NCBI GenBank assembly: GCA_003427395.1
Contig: BFEA01000007.1
Location: 2,045,738 to 2,109,737, forward strand
Reading direction: 5' to 3'
Length of the DNA stretch: 64,000 nt
Source: Chara braunii
Taxonomy: Eukaryota; Plantae; Charophyceae
Under the pieces are notes generated by a model, which was given only the letters and a program-made list of their open reading frames with translations, did not search any database and was not told where the DNA came from. Position numbers and translations under genes: made by a program. Positions 39,131 to 52,000 of the stretch are shown in pieces. Numbering within the stretch: position 1 is the first letter of the stretch; each line of letters starts with the position of its first letter.

Positions 39131-42100
39131 GGCAAGCCCGCCTACATGTAAGTGGATTGCGAAATCAAGGGTGTGGGTCCGCTGCATATCTTGATGGTAG
39201 TAACAAATATTCAAATAAGAATTTTCGAAGCCCGAAGTGGAAATGGGCTCCGTGTAGTTGGCCCCTACAGTCTATGGCCTGCCCTGGTGGTTGGCCCGCC
39301 ATCTTTCGCGTCCCAGAGGTACACACACTTAAATCACTCACAACAGATCATGGGCGATAAGCCAGGCAACCGCAACGGGCACGCATTACCCAAATCCCTT
39401 CCGCCTCGTGGGCCAATCACCCACGCTCACGTGCACGTCGCACTCCTCAGTCCATTTTTCAAGATGGGCTAGGTTGAGGAATTTCGACGGTATCCCGAAC
39501 ACGCGGGGGTGCGTAAGTCAAACATAAAGGCGCGCGCTCAATGTCTTCGACCACCACGACGACTTCCAAATTCAGTGTTGCATCTGCATCAGAGAACAGT
39601 GGAGCAAAAATAATAATACGTCAAACACTAGCACCGTTCCTACGCCATTGTCAGTAAAACCAAAGGGGATAGCCCCACTAGACTGTCAACTCCTCGGTTC
39701 CCGTTCGCGCTGCTCTGATATCTTACGCCGTCGTCGCTCGATCTCTATCCCTAAGTCTCTCGGATGAAAGTCCGATGTTGCAACCAATAGTGCTAGGTCC
39801 AAAGTTGAGCCTAGTACTAGCAGACATCTAAACAAACAGATACAGCGGGACGTGCAGACTTACCGAAATATTTTCAAAATCATGGTGTTGTCGACGTCGC
39901 CCTCCACACGTATGCCCAAGTCACAAGCAAGCGCAATCGGTCAACGAAACATAATCTTTTTAATCCTAGTTTAATTAAAAAATAAAAATTATGTCGGCGA
40001 CCACGCCGACTCTTCAGTCATCAACAAATAGAAAGATCACGCGTGCCCCACAAACTTTTTTAATCTAGTCAACCATCTAGTCCACGTAGACCAAAGACAC
40101 AGCCCGCTCTTCGCGCGGTACACGTAAACTCTAAATAAAACTTATTCTCTGTCGCCTGCAAAAACCCAGGTTGGATACCCTTATAAGGGTATTCACACCG
40201 ATAGTTTACCGGACCATATTAAGTGACGTCCTCGTCGCTTCGCAAAATCAGAAAGCTATAAATCCATCCGGAATTATGAATGCTGACGAGAAAGGGACCA
40301 ATCCGATCAGCCGACAGACTCAGGTTCAAAGCCTGCAACAATCCATGCCCATACAAGTATATGCTGCCAAGATTCTAATCTGGGTCTCCATTGTCCTGAC
40401 ACCAGGACATTGGGTAATCACCATTATACTACAACACAAGTCTCAATCAATTTCTCAACTGTCCTCTCCCCTTTGTCCTACACAAACGCCGACTTCTCGT
40501 TAGGTGTCTCTAGTCTTTACCCTGCTAGCCGGGCCATATCTAGGAACGCGGATCCTAACTGAGACCTTTGAAGGAATCAACGAGTCAGTGATATTGTCTG
40601 ATAAACTCTAATTATCTGGGAGAAAGTAGATCTATAGACGAGCGGACGTGAGACCTTATAATCAGGGGAAATGGAATACTTCAGGCAGAAACCTTCCCAT
40701 TTGAGCGAACAAAGTCAAGATTTGTGATATTTGTAGCAACAGACCTACCTATTCTTCTTCGGCTGGGATAGAGAGTCTTTGCTCTAGCACTGTGAGGCAT
40801 AATGCTCTATACCCTCTACTAGGGGAGGTGAGAGTTTGAAAAAGGAAAAACTTATGAAAACTTTTGACATTTAAAAAGTGGTAATGAGAAGACATACACT
40901 AAAGACAGTGAGAACCCAGAGAACAATGAGTACGTTTTATGCTTCTATGGGCTTGACAAAACTGCATAGTACCTACTTATCCCTGGAGACGGTTGAACGA
41001 CCCAAGGTAGAGCTTGAAAGAGTACAGAAGTACGTGGACCCCTCTATCCAAATATTGCCGATCAGTGAAACAACGCTTGATTCCCTGCACTCTCCTTACT
41101 TGGCATTGTACCATTGAGTGAATCGTGTTGTTAAGTGCTACCAAGCAGACAACTCTCAATGCTCTGCGATAAGTGAATGACACTTAATACCTTAACAAAG
41201 TAATTAGTGCTCAGTGATCTGACGGTTCGACGATGTCCGAGAGAGCTATCAGAGAGCCCTGAACAAAGTCAATTGTCTTTCAGTCACTTTTCTCTTCATC
41301 TCGAAAACCAATTTAATGCTAATGCCTGCCTATGTCTGACCAAGCCTTTTGAGACCTAATCAGCACTCCGACACTCAAGTTATTTGAAGACCTTTAGTCA
41401 GAATTCATCAGTACTCAGTCACTCTCGTTTCTCGCAGACCAGCCACGGATCTCGACGGTAGATAGTTACTAGTTGAGTCCTGAAGCCCATGGAGGTCATC
41501 TCATGGGGTTTGGATTCTTATCATACCGCTTGTGGCCACCCTCCTACGAAAAACAACCCTGTGCATCAGTGTTTACTCTTGAGAAGGGTGACTCAGTTAT
41601 CTCCGGCCAGTAAACCTGTGTAAATACTCAACCGAATCACCACGAGTCGGCCATCATTTTGCCTCATATCAACCTTTCGACAAGTGATGGTACGCAATCC
41701 ACTCGGGGGCTCTCAATAATCATTAAATACTCTAGTCAGTACCTACCACTCTAGGCCATAGAGTGGCTGGTCATCCTGAATGCAGAACTTGCAATCTGAT
41801 TCGGGCGAGTGAAGAATCATGAAAGAGGAGGAAGTCTTGGTTGTGAAGGGTAGATTAAACAGGGACAAGTGAGAGGGATGGGAGGAAGGAGCTTGCCGGG
41901 ATATGAAATTTAATAGGGAAACTCAACGTGAACATGCAGTTCAAAGGGTAAAAGAGGAAAAATATATTGAATATGTAATCTATTTCTACGGACTCGACGA
42001 CAGACTGCACAGTATCAGCTCCTCGCTAGAGACGGTGGAACAGGCCAGATCAAAACTCGCATGAGTTCAATGGTCGAATCTACACCCCCCCAAACTTCTC

Positions 42101-43799
42101 TAGCTTCTGAATCAGTGAGGATCGCACAACAATCTGTAGTTCAGTAAAACTGACTCTAAACGGTTTGCTTTTGTGACCCATACCTCAGCATTAGACCGTC
42201 CTTTACACGACGTTCAGCCAAGCAACTGCCAATTAGTGTACAATCATAGCCAACTGCTTTAGGATTGGTATTGGTCAGGCAGTAGTCACGGAAAAGGAGT
42301 TCAAGTGTGGTTGCAACAGGCACGCTTTTCACATGAGTACTGTTCAAACTTTTTCAATCAATGAGTCTGTTCTAATCGGGCTCAACAAGATCGCCTCTAC
42401 GGATGTTTTCCAATACCGGTATGTTAGTGCAGTCCGTTTCAAGCAAGGTGGACTATCCATTTTCTAGTTCACATTGAGGTCGCTGAAGATGCCATTCAAG
42501 ATCTAAAAGCCTACCTGAAGAGAGGCAAGGAGACTCATGAGCATTTCGACTAAGTCTGGGTCTCAACAGCCAGTTACCTGGAAGAAAAAGAGAGAGAGTT
42601 CAACGAGAGCGGTACCAAGCTGGTCCGTAGCTTTGAACGTAAGCTTTACACTGACTATCCAAAGCCTCCGGTACCTTTCACTCTCACAGACGATTCTTGT
42701 TGGGAAAACTAGTGGATTTGGTAAACATCTCTCCAGTGGTAATGGATTACGAGGCAGTGACTGAACCATCAGACTTCCAGCATCTCAGGCGAGGGATTTT
42801 TTTCTCGCCCATACCTTCCTACACTATGGGAAAAGTTTTGTGCTATGGTTGATTTTCGTACCTTGGGACTTAGCTCGAAGTGCTCGGATCTCACAAGCTT
42901 CAGGTGACTCTACATACAATTACCACAACCTCAGAGAGCACTGAGACGTAACAGAAAGCTCAAACGACAGACAACAAAATAAAAGATTGAGTGCAAAGAT
43001 TATGAGGGATGAGTGAGGACTCTTGACTGGTGTCGGCCATGCTCTCTACATGTGTACTTTCTGAGACTATTATGAGTTCTCATTCTTCCCTCACTTAACT
43101 TTGTCATTGCTCGAGTCAGTTCGTCTTGCTTCTTGGATTGTCGTGCTTGATAATTGTATTCTCTGATGATCCTGTTACAGTTTTCAAGACTAAAAAATTG
43201 ACAAAACAATGCATGCATGACATACCAGAATTTTATGATTATTATTTGTATGATTCTCTGCTGTTCCGAATCAAAATAAAAGATTCATAAGATCGGGACT
43301 TGGCGAAGACCGTAATTGAAGGGTCTCCCTCGAAGCCGGACGCACACAACAGGAAGGGATTTGCTTTAGTTAATTTATTTATTGCAAGAACATTCATGGC
43401 TTTCTGGTCGCCTGAAGTGGCCCGACTAGGAAAAATGCGAAAAAAATAGCGTCGTTGCCGGGGACACGAAAAATTTTCGTGTCCGGAACGAGCCTGGGTC
43501 AGCAAGCAACATCAAGCTTTGATTAGGTTTTCAGAACTGTTGACATATTCGAAAATTTCAGACTGACTTTATTATTCCGATTGAGATGCAATTGTCTTGA
43601 AAATCTCAGTTGCTCATGTGTGAGGTACCGCACTGGACTGGAAGAGGAAATTGATATAATTATTGAAGAAGATCGAGCTTGATCTCAGGTATGCCGTATG
43701 AGCCCTTGACTACTGAAAGAGATTGAGAAGGAAGAGAACAAGTCTGATCCAGGAGATGTTGGTCAACGATGCATTGAAAAGACGTTCTAAACTCACGTC

Positions 43800-46005
43800 T
43801 AGATACTACCCTACCAGTATGAGGGTTGCTGGGTCTATCATTCACATGGTTCAACCATCTGTATAGTGCTGACTCGCTTCTTAGAGGGGGATATTTATGA
43901 TATCCGTCCTTACGTCAAGAAAGGAGGATGCAATGATGGTGAAAATTTTAACTGGTTATGATAAATTGTTGTTCAGTTTATCTATGATGGAAGGACAGAC
44001 CTAATCAAGCGAAAGAAGAAAGTGGAATGGGGTCTAATGCCAGTAACATATGAGACTGTTCCGGTCCCTCCTATCCTAGACATCTACTGTGATGGGACTA
44101 ATTGGCTACCAGTTATCAGCATGGTACTGAAATGGGAGAGATGAATTAGTGATCATGAGAACTAAAGAGACTTCAACAGAGGAAATCAGATAGAGAAGGT
44201 CGAAATTTGGCAGAGGTTCAGACCCAAGTCAAGAGAAGGTTGAGTGTCTCCTGAGATCACTGAATACCCTAAGTAAGAGAGAAGTGTTCCCATATGAGGT
44301 TGTCAAGTATGAAATGGTCGAGAGTGGATGGGAACAAGAACGACTCTATATTTTGGCATTTTACTTCATCGATCTGGACACGTATGATGTGAGGATCTAT
44401 GTCCCTAAAGAGATGAGTGTTGAGAATGTGTATGAGAGATGTTGGGGATTCGCTGAAGAGGTTGTGTTAAGAAAAAAAAAAAGACTTGAGAGAAAGAGTA
44501 AGAGTTTCATTGGATCTACCCGGTTTGCTATCTTAGAAGGATTCTCAACTCCTCCTTTACCTGATATTTTGTTAAGAAACAACTGGTCCGCTGTGATTGA
44601 GTTTACATTAAAAGTGAGAAGGGACCAAGGGTACAAACGAGCCGATCATACGCACCTGCAAAAATGAAACCCTGGATTAGGTTGGGAAGTGGATATAGGA
44701 AGTTGAGTAAGGAAGTTTTTGATAAACTGCTTAATTCCCTTAACTCTATAACAAGAAGAGCGGTGATTCCCTACGAAATCGTGAAGTATGAGGCGCTAAA
44801 GAATTTGGGATGAAAACTTGATGGTATGTATGTTCTTACCTGTTATTTTATTGATCTTGATGAGTTTGATATTAGGATCTACGTGCCACAACATAGGTTC
44901 GGAGAAAGTAGACGTAGTCGATGTTGGCAACGAGCATCAGATATAGTGCATGATGAAAAGAGAAGTCTTGAACGAGTAGGGAAAATTTTATCTTGGAGTA
45001 TCTATGTCAGACCTTTCATTGGAATACCATCTCCTATTGTTGAAGGGCTTATCTTTTCGAGGGACAATTGGTTAGTCATGATAAATCTTGTATGGAAGGT
45101 GAAGAGGGATCAAGAAGAATATTCTACTGTGAGATACAAACTTTATGAAGTGACGGGGTATGATAATCCCTTTGTGATTCTGAGATGTGAAACTTGTGGG
45201 AGATGATATATAACGTTTCGAGAGACGGTTAACGGGGGCCCAAATATTCGCCGTTTTCGTTGGCAATTGCGGTGCGAATTTCATCATTTTTTTCAAAAAC
45301 AAACGATATGAGACCATAGTGCAAACATCAAAAAAAGAAATAGGCAAAAAAAAACGAAAAAAAAAACAACAAAAAAACACTATGAAACCCTAACACAAAG
45401 ACATTGTCGGAGTCATAGTAAAACATCCAACGAATTCAACAAAATGCCAACTTTTTCATTATTGATTCAAACATGTCAAAATCGCACACATGACGTACCC
45501 TAAAACACATATATATCACACAAAAAGAAGAAAAAAAAAAAAAAAAAAAGATCAGCACAATATGACAGTTTCAGTGCAATTCGGTGCAAAATTCGTCGAA
45601 TATAACACCCCTGGTTAACTACGTGTGAACGTTTCACATCCTGTGGTCACATTCTTGAATTCCGACAGTCTGGATGTGAGGGTTTACGCCTCAGCCTGTC
45701 CAGAGGAGGAAGTTGACTACTTTGAGTGTTTGAAGGGAGCGTATGTCAGCCTCATGCGAACAAGAGAGTGACTTGAGAAGTTAAAAAGAAAAGTGACATG
45801 GGGAGTGAGAGTAAGTCAGTTTGAGAAACTCCCTGGGTTTTTAATAGCTGACCGATTTGAGGACAGGAGAGATTGGATGCCTCTGCTGGAGACTATTGTC
45901 GAGGTTGGTAGAGCAAGAGAGAAAGACTTTACTGTGATGATAAAATCCCTGCTTTTGAGTACCTTTGAGAATAGATTCGATATCCCTGATTATGTTCATC
46001 CTTAG
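43800..46005 (+). pseudogene. Accessory ORF remnant with four tandem copies of a ~125-aa domain of unknown function
   Basis: FLEGDIYDIRPYV (~43880), FIDLDTYDVRIYV (~44365), FIDLDEFDIRIYV (~44847) and FLNSDSLDVRVYA (~45652); shared PY(E/Q) start in the first three and a later W motif. Confidence 0.75.
45233..45613. mobile_element. MITE-like AT-rich insertion with imperfect terminal inverted repeats and a duplicated GTTAA-containing target
   Basis: GGTTAAC at 45227-45233 and 45613-45619; ends CGGGGG..ATATTCG and CGAATAT..CCCCTG; abrupt A-rich composition inside a coding remnant. Confidence 0.7.
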
Positions 46006-49000
46006 ATTTATCTTTCAGATGTTGTTTATGATGGTTAACAATGTCCAGCTTGGTTGAACAACTAACGTTCGGGGTTGTGCTGGAAGGAAGAACAGTCTAC
46101 CTTGGATGAGCTTGAGTTTTTGCAACCTTTCTTTGATCAGATGAGAAATTCTGCTCCGAGAGTTGTCACTGACCAGACTGAGATCAACTATTTATTAAAG
46201 GTGGTGAAAGTGGGAACTGTTGAGAGAATATCATATCACTCCTCTAGAGAATGAGTCTTCTTTTCCAGAAGAATTAACAACGGTTTGTAAGCAATGCAAC
46301 TTGACTATGAAATTATAAACTTCACACGATACTTTATGATTCGGGGTACAGTAAAAGGATATAACAGAAGATTAAGTAGGGATGATGAAAAAAAGCTGAT
46401 TGAGGATTATATTTGAAGACTGAGAAGAATTGCGTTGCCCTTGATCACCACTCAGTGTATCCCCTGGGATAAGATAACTACACTGTTACTGAAAATGAGG
46501 AAAGTATTTGAGCCTTGTCAGACCATGGCCTATGAGGAAAGCAACTACTACATGCCACAAAGAGGTAGGGGGTGAATTTTTAACTATTTTTGTGTCAAGT
46601 GCGTTCACTAGCACAGGACGGGACAGTACATCCCGAAGCTCATGTGGTGAGGTTTTTTACTTTATCCGCAAGGGTCTGCAAGAAGCAAGTGTTGAAATCG
46701 GAGGGAGATGTAGTGAGGCTTGATCCTTGAGCAGGGCTCGGGGGTTTGAGATGCTATTCATTCTAAAAAGGATTATATTGTCCCTCGCCACAGTATACTT
46801 CTGTCAAAGTCGGGGAGTAAAGGTTAGTATTCTCACAAGAATTATGATTGAGAGTGTTATTTATTAGCGATTTTGTCTCTAATTATAACGTGCCTATTAT
46901 ATGATATGCCTGTTGATATAAACTTATCATTATGAAGTATTTGTATATGCTTTGGATAACTGACTAGTTTGTACATAATGCGTTTGATTGTTATAAGAAT
47001 TGTTGATGCTAGTTATTAAGGTAATATATCATTTTTTCAATGACTAAATATCATTATGAATTTTGATATCTGTGAATATGCTATTATTTTGATATATTAC
47101 TATTATTATTTTCTCTAAGTTGGGCGGTCGTAAACACTAGAAAGTATAGATTTTTAGTAGAGGATAGCTTGGAGCCAAGACTTTCAGAGTAGGGGGTGTA
47201 AAAATGATGATTGTTAGCATAGTAACGGAAGGCGTATGCCGAACATTTTTTTGTGATGGGCAAAACCCAGATCAGAGCGAAGGCAACTCATGATGTCATA
47301 TGCTAACGAAGATCCCAATATGGCCTTACCAGTTAAAAAGGAACATGAATTCGAGATATCGTTGCCAAGGCATCAAGGAAAAATAATATATCTCTTCCTA
47401 ATGGGGCATGTTAATAGACAAGGGGGTCTTCGTCTAGATCGAGTTTGGCTTTGATGATGACCGAAAGTGTGCAATCGTGAAGCTGACCCTATACGCCCCA
47501 CCATCATTTTGGGTCTTGCATGGGATTCAGTTGGCGCTTGGGCATGGAAGCCTACTCGTGAGGTCTTTGAGAGTAGCAAAGGGAGCTGCAACAAAGTGAG
47601 TGAGAGGAAGGGTTCATAAAGGAGAGGCACATGTGGAGACTCGTATAGAAGTCAAGCGAGTTGAAGAGTTTGTACTTCCCTCAGCCCCGTTGCGTGTTGT
47701 CCTGCCCAGCTTCCTTGTAAGAAAATGTTTTTGGGGACAGACAACGGTAGAGGCCGCAGCAGAAGCCGCTTTGAAGGCACGAGAATGGGGATGTGCGCGG
47801 TATACGTGCGAGTTGATATATGGTCTGTACTTGGACCAAAGATTTCTACCTCATAGTGAAGAACTCAGGAACTTGGTCAATATAATTGACGCATATGCGA
47901 GTGACCGTGATCCAAATGAAAGGGTTGCAGATTGGAACGAGGTTCGGGTAGTAGCAGACCAATAGGGGGTGCACTTGTATTCTGTCAAAGTGTGAGGGGG
48001 TGCACTTGTATTCTGTCAAAGTGTGATTCTCATGAACTTGCGTATACCTGTGGACATAAAAGTCGGGATAGCAGACTAACTAATTGTGTGAGCCTAACTC
48101 TATGTTTTAGTCAGCAGGGTCCTGATGGTATGATGTATGAGGCTAGAAGATATACGTGTGCTTTCAGTGCTTTGTGTGTATATGACTAGATCATAAGCGG
48201 ACTCAAGTTAGATTGGATGAGTTACTCTCAGGCTCGTGGGACTGCTCAAGGGTAGAATAGCGAGAGCATAATCAGAGTATGAAAGTGAGCCTTGTGCATG
48301 TACGGATTGTTGAGGGTAGAAGACAAATGAGGGTATGACTTAGAATATGAATTTAAGTGCATCATGAGATCATGTGAGGATGTGATCTTGTTAGGAGCAT
48401 TGATTTGACTTTGATTGTGATACTTGACCCCTTTAGATATGTGCTTCAGGGGGTATCACCCTAAGATTCGAAAGAGGTGATTGTGTTTTGAAGGATGAGT
48501 TTCCTCTTAACCATACCACCCTGAGTTATAAGATTATACGCACCCATGCGTTTGTACATAGGATATGCATGAAATTTGGTGAGTTAGGATTTAAGTTTTA
48601 GAAATCTATGACCTATAAAAGAGGAATATGTACAACGTTCTGACTCAAAGATCGTTTTAAGTCTTTGATCCATCAAAGCATGGTAGGCCATGTTTTACGT
48701 CTTTGGATATTTAGATATGTCTTGAATTACGTGGATTCCTTTGATTTGAAGAGAGCGATTACGTATTGACTAAGATTGTTCTAGTTTTAGCTCTGTTCGG
48801 AAAAACCACGATTTTTGTGTGATACCGGGGCCAGTGTGAGTTGAGATTGTTCAATAGTATGTGTATATATGTAATTCAATACCATATTTGGGTCGCCTTT
48901 GAGTTGGGATATTATCTGAGACTACTCCTTCTATATGACGATCAGAATCACTCTCACATGTGTGGTTTTATCCTGATGTATGATGGTTTTGTGTTAGAGA

Positions 49001-52000
49001 TGTATAAGAAACATCTCGTGTATTGTGTATTTCTGAAAGTGAATGGATGTGAAATGTCTACTCTTCAGTATACTCGTGCGGTCTTCCCACAGGCGGGTGA
49101 TAGGGTCGGGTATAAGGAGAGGGAGTGCAGTATGTTTTTGAAAAAGATTGTGAGAATCCTAAGGGATTTATGGATCATTGAGACTCGAATGCTTACCATG
49201 CGAATGTTTATTGTTGAGTTGTGATGAGGACCCATAAGTTGGTCTCTCGGTTTGAGTTTTTTTATGGTTGAGACACCTTCGAGTGAAAATGTAATTTTGT
49301 GCTTATTTGGAAGACTCATCTTCAGATAGGGAAAATATTTTAAAAGAAAGGTCGCATGAGTGTTCATCCTAGAAAAGAAGGGATGACTGGGAGACCTATT
49401 GAGTGAGACCTCCTTCATATGAAAGGTGGTTAATACATTTAATGGCATGATAAGTTGATTTTGACTGATAAAGACTGGCGAGAAGCACTACGTTGTGTTT
49501 GACTATTGGTGAAATTTTGGAGGTCGCAAGAGTGATTTATTTAGGAGTTGTCACTTAAATGTGACTTTCTTGCTCTGATGAAGTAGGGAGCTCATGATCT
49601 TCTGAATCTAGCGGTGATTTTGTTTTGTGAATGTGGAGAGTTTGTCGTGTTTCTCTGTGTTGTCTCACAGAGCACTGGTAAATACCTTTTGTGTGTGACA
49701 GACCTTTACGTAGTCTCGCAGTAGGCCTGTACTGTTGCGACACACCGTCCAACCACTTGTGTTAATCTTAGGACATTTATGATAATACCAAGCTAACGGT
49801 AAAGGTTAGCATTACTAGGGTGCAACCCCTAATGTTAGCTGATGATCGGCTTAACCTGAACAGCGGGCCTACGTCTTGCCAAGGGAGTAAATACTTAAAG
49901 GGGTGTGGCCACCTATGAGGGCTTTACTCCTACTGAACGGCGTGGGATAGGAGTTGAGTCGAGTCTTTTTGAGTCCTCATTGAATGCTTATCAAGAGAAA
50001 GTCTATCGTGGTGCAACCTGTGAGGGCAGTACCGCTAAAATAACAATGTGGTGGGCCGTAGATCTGGCTTGATCACCCAGACTATCGTGGGCCAAGACCT
50101 GACATTTCTGTACTAGACTGCAGGGAGAGTCTAAGATAAGATTTATGTATAAATATTTGTTTGATTGTGAGAATTGTTGGAGCGCGACCTGGATGCAATA
50201 AGGAATACTTGCTGATGGTTTTACTGATCAGTCTTCTAGTGATAGACTGTGCACCTTATTATGATCTATCTTTTGTCGACTTCCATATAATATCTCTGGC
50301 CTCCCTGAAAGTTCTCAGCCAAAGTAACCATACTGCTTGTCTCCTCTCTGATGATACTGATACGCGGTACTTAACTAACAGTCTGTTTCCTGATAGTAAC
50401 GCAGAGTGTTCTCCTTTCCATCCAATTTTCTGAGGGCGCAATGTATTATATTTTCTCAATTGTACTTCGGCGTTTGCTTTCTTGGCCCGTCAGAAGTAGG
50501 GGTTTAAGTATGCCGACGACAAAGACAATTCATTACTGGCTGCCAACCACACCCTTTTGACATATCATTTTCCTTACTAGGTCACGGTGTAGAAGGGCAA
50601 GGTACTAATGGGCTAAAACCTGATACTGCGTGAACAGTCTCTTTTCCCAATATGAGTAGGGTGTGATTAATCCCTCAGCACGACACATATGCAGTGTGAA
50701 GCATGGTTATCAGTGACGACCAAAGCCGTTTAAACCTGCCTCAGAGATGACATAAGCCACTCTTATCATGTTTCTTGTCGCACAAAGCGTGACTGAGTTC
50801 AGTCTTTCACGCTAGGCAAGGAAGTGAAACACAAACCATGAATTAGCACAAGAGATCATGTAGTGGGAAAGAGTTGGAATAATGCGCATGTTGGAGAACA
50901 GAGAAGATGAACCACAAAACGGTAGCACTCGAGGAAGCTTATCTTCTATTATTATACTTCGATGACCTGTAAGGCATCATTAACTTTGCTCTTGACTACC
51001 ATTTTTAGCAACGCATCCTAGAATAACCTGAGATCAATCACAATCAAGTCGGTATTTGGCTAGCATGTAGGCGATCCTTCCTAAAACAGATCGCCTTCGA
51101 CTCATTGACCATGACTAAAGAGGATATCCAAGAACAGTCCAGTAAGGGTCCCAAGCAAGCAATTGGCAATTAAGAGGGAAAAGGAAAAAAAAAAACGGAA
51201 CAAGATTGATAATGGGATTTCCTTATCTGGCTAGCTCGAACGCGAATGGTTCAATATTACTGATAAGCCCCCAGTCTTAAGTTCAAATCCTTCACGATAC
51301 AGTTTCTCCGCTTTATTTCCTCTTTCACTGGGAAGTCGAACACTGGCCAGGACCCTGGGCTTGAGCCTTTCTCACTATCTTCCTGCCTGACCACCTATTA
51401 ATCCTTGGTTCTAGTAGTCCACGACCCTGAGTAAAGAGAACTAATTATTTACTCTCGTTAACTTCATCTCTATCTATAGTCGTAAACATATTGAGTTCAA
51501 TGCAACAGCAATCAGGCCTGGGTTCAGAGTTCTCTGCTAAGGCACACAATCCAACGGTATTAACTTGTCATTCACGTACAGTGTCAGCACCACTGCTAAG
51601 CGTAACGGCCCTGTTCCGTCACAAAAGCTTACAGATGCAGCTGAGTTACGTCGGAAGGCGAACAACTTTCATCTCATTGTGAGAGCGAGAGTTTCCTCTA
51701 TCCCTGTACAGTAAAGAGGCTTGATGCACATTGCACATCATGCGCCAGGGTACTTTTATCACTTTCAGATCAACGACTACCAATGAGAGAAAGAATTGGC
51801 TTCTTTTCGCTCTTCTTCTGGAATCTGGCTCTCTTCAAGATCTCTTTCAGGAAGTAAGCACATGACTCACTCCTCCGTACATCCGTCAGCACTTCGTTTT
51901 ATTAGATCTTGACGTCAACCAAGACTCACTATTACGAGGTCAGATCACGTATGCTGCGGTATGCAATGACGAAGGTCAGACAGACTGCACATACAACGCG

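Larger units (their letters stand above)
29171..39243. repeat. ~10-kb duplicated unit C (direct copy of unit B)
   Basis: Collinear with 11017-21233; has an extra ~340-bp tandem duplication (~29980-30660) and lacks B ~19850-20410. Confidence 0.93.

Noticed and set aside
39708-39725. tRNA-iMet primer-binding site (ATATCAGAGC on the minus strand)
   Set aside because: It lacks the TGG start and an adjacent CA-ending LTR.
40279-40330. Hammerhead ribozyme (CTGACGA, also on the minus strand near 2490)
   Set aside because: No stem II followed by GAAA could be built; other CTGATGA hits also lack the architecture.
43180-43603. Possible MITE bounded by TTTTCAAGAC/GTCTTGAAAA
   Set aside because: Only a 10-bp AT-rich inverted match and no target duplication found.
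47965-48025. 31-bp exact tandem duplication GGGGGTGCACTTGTATTCTGTCAAAGTGTGA
   Set aside because: Real, but a simple local slippage event with no further structure.
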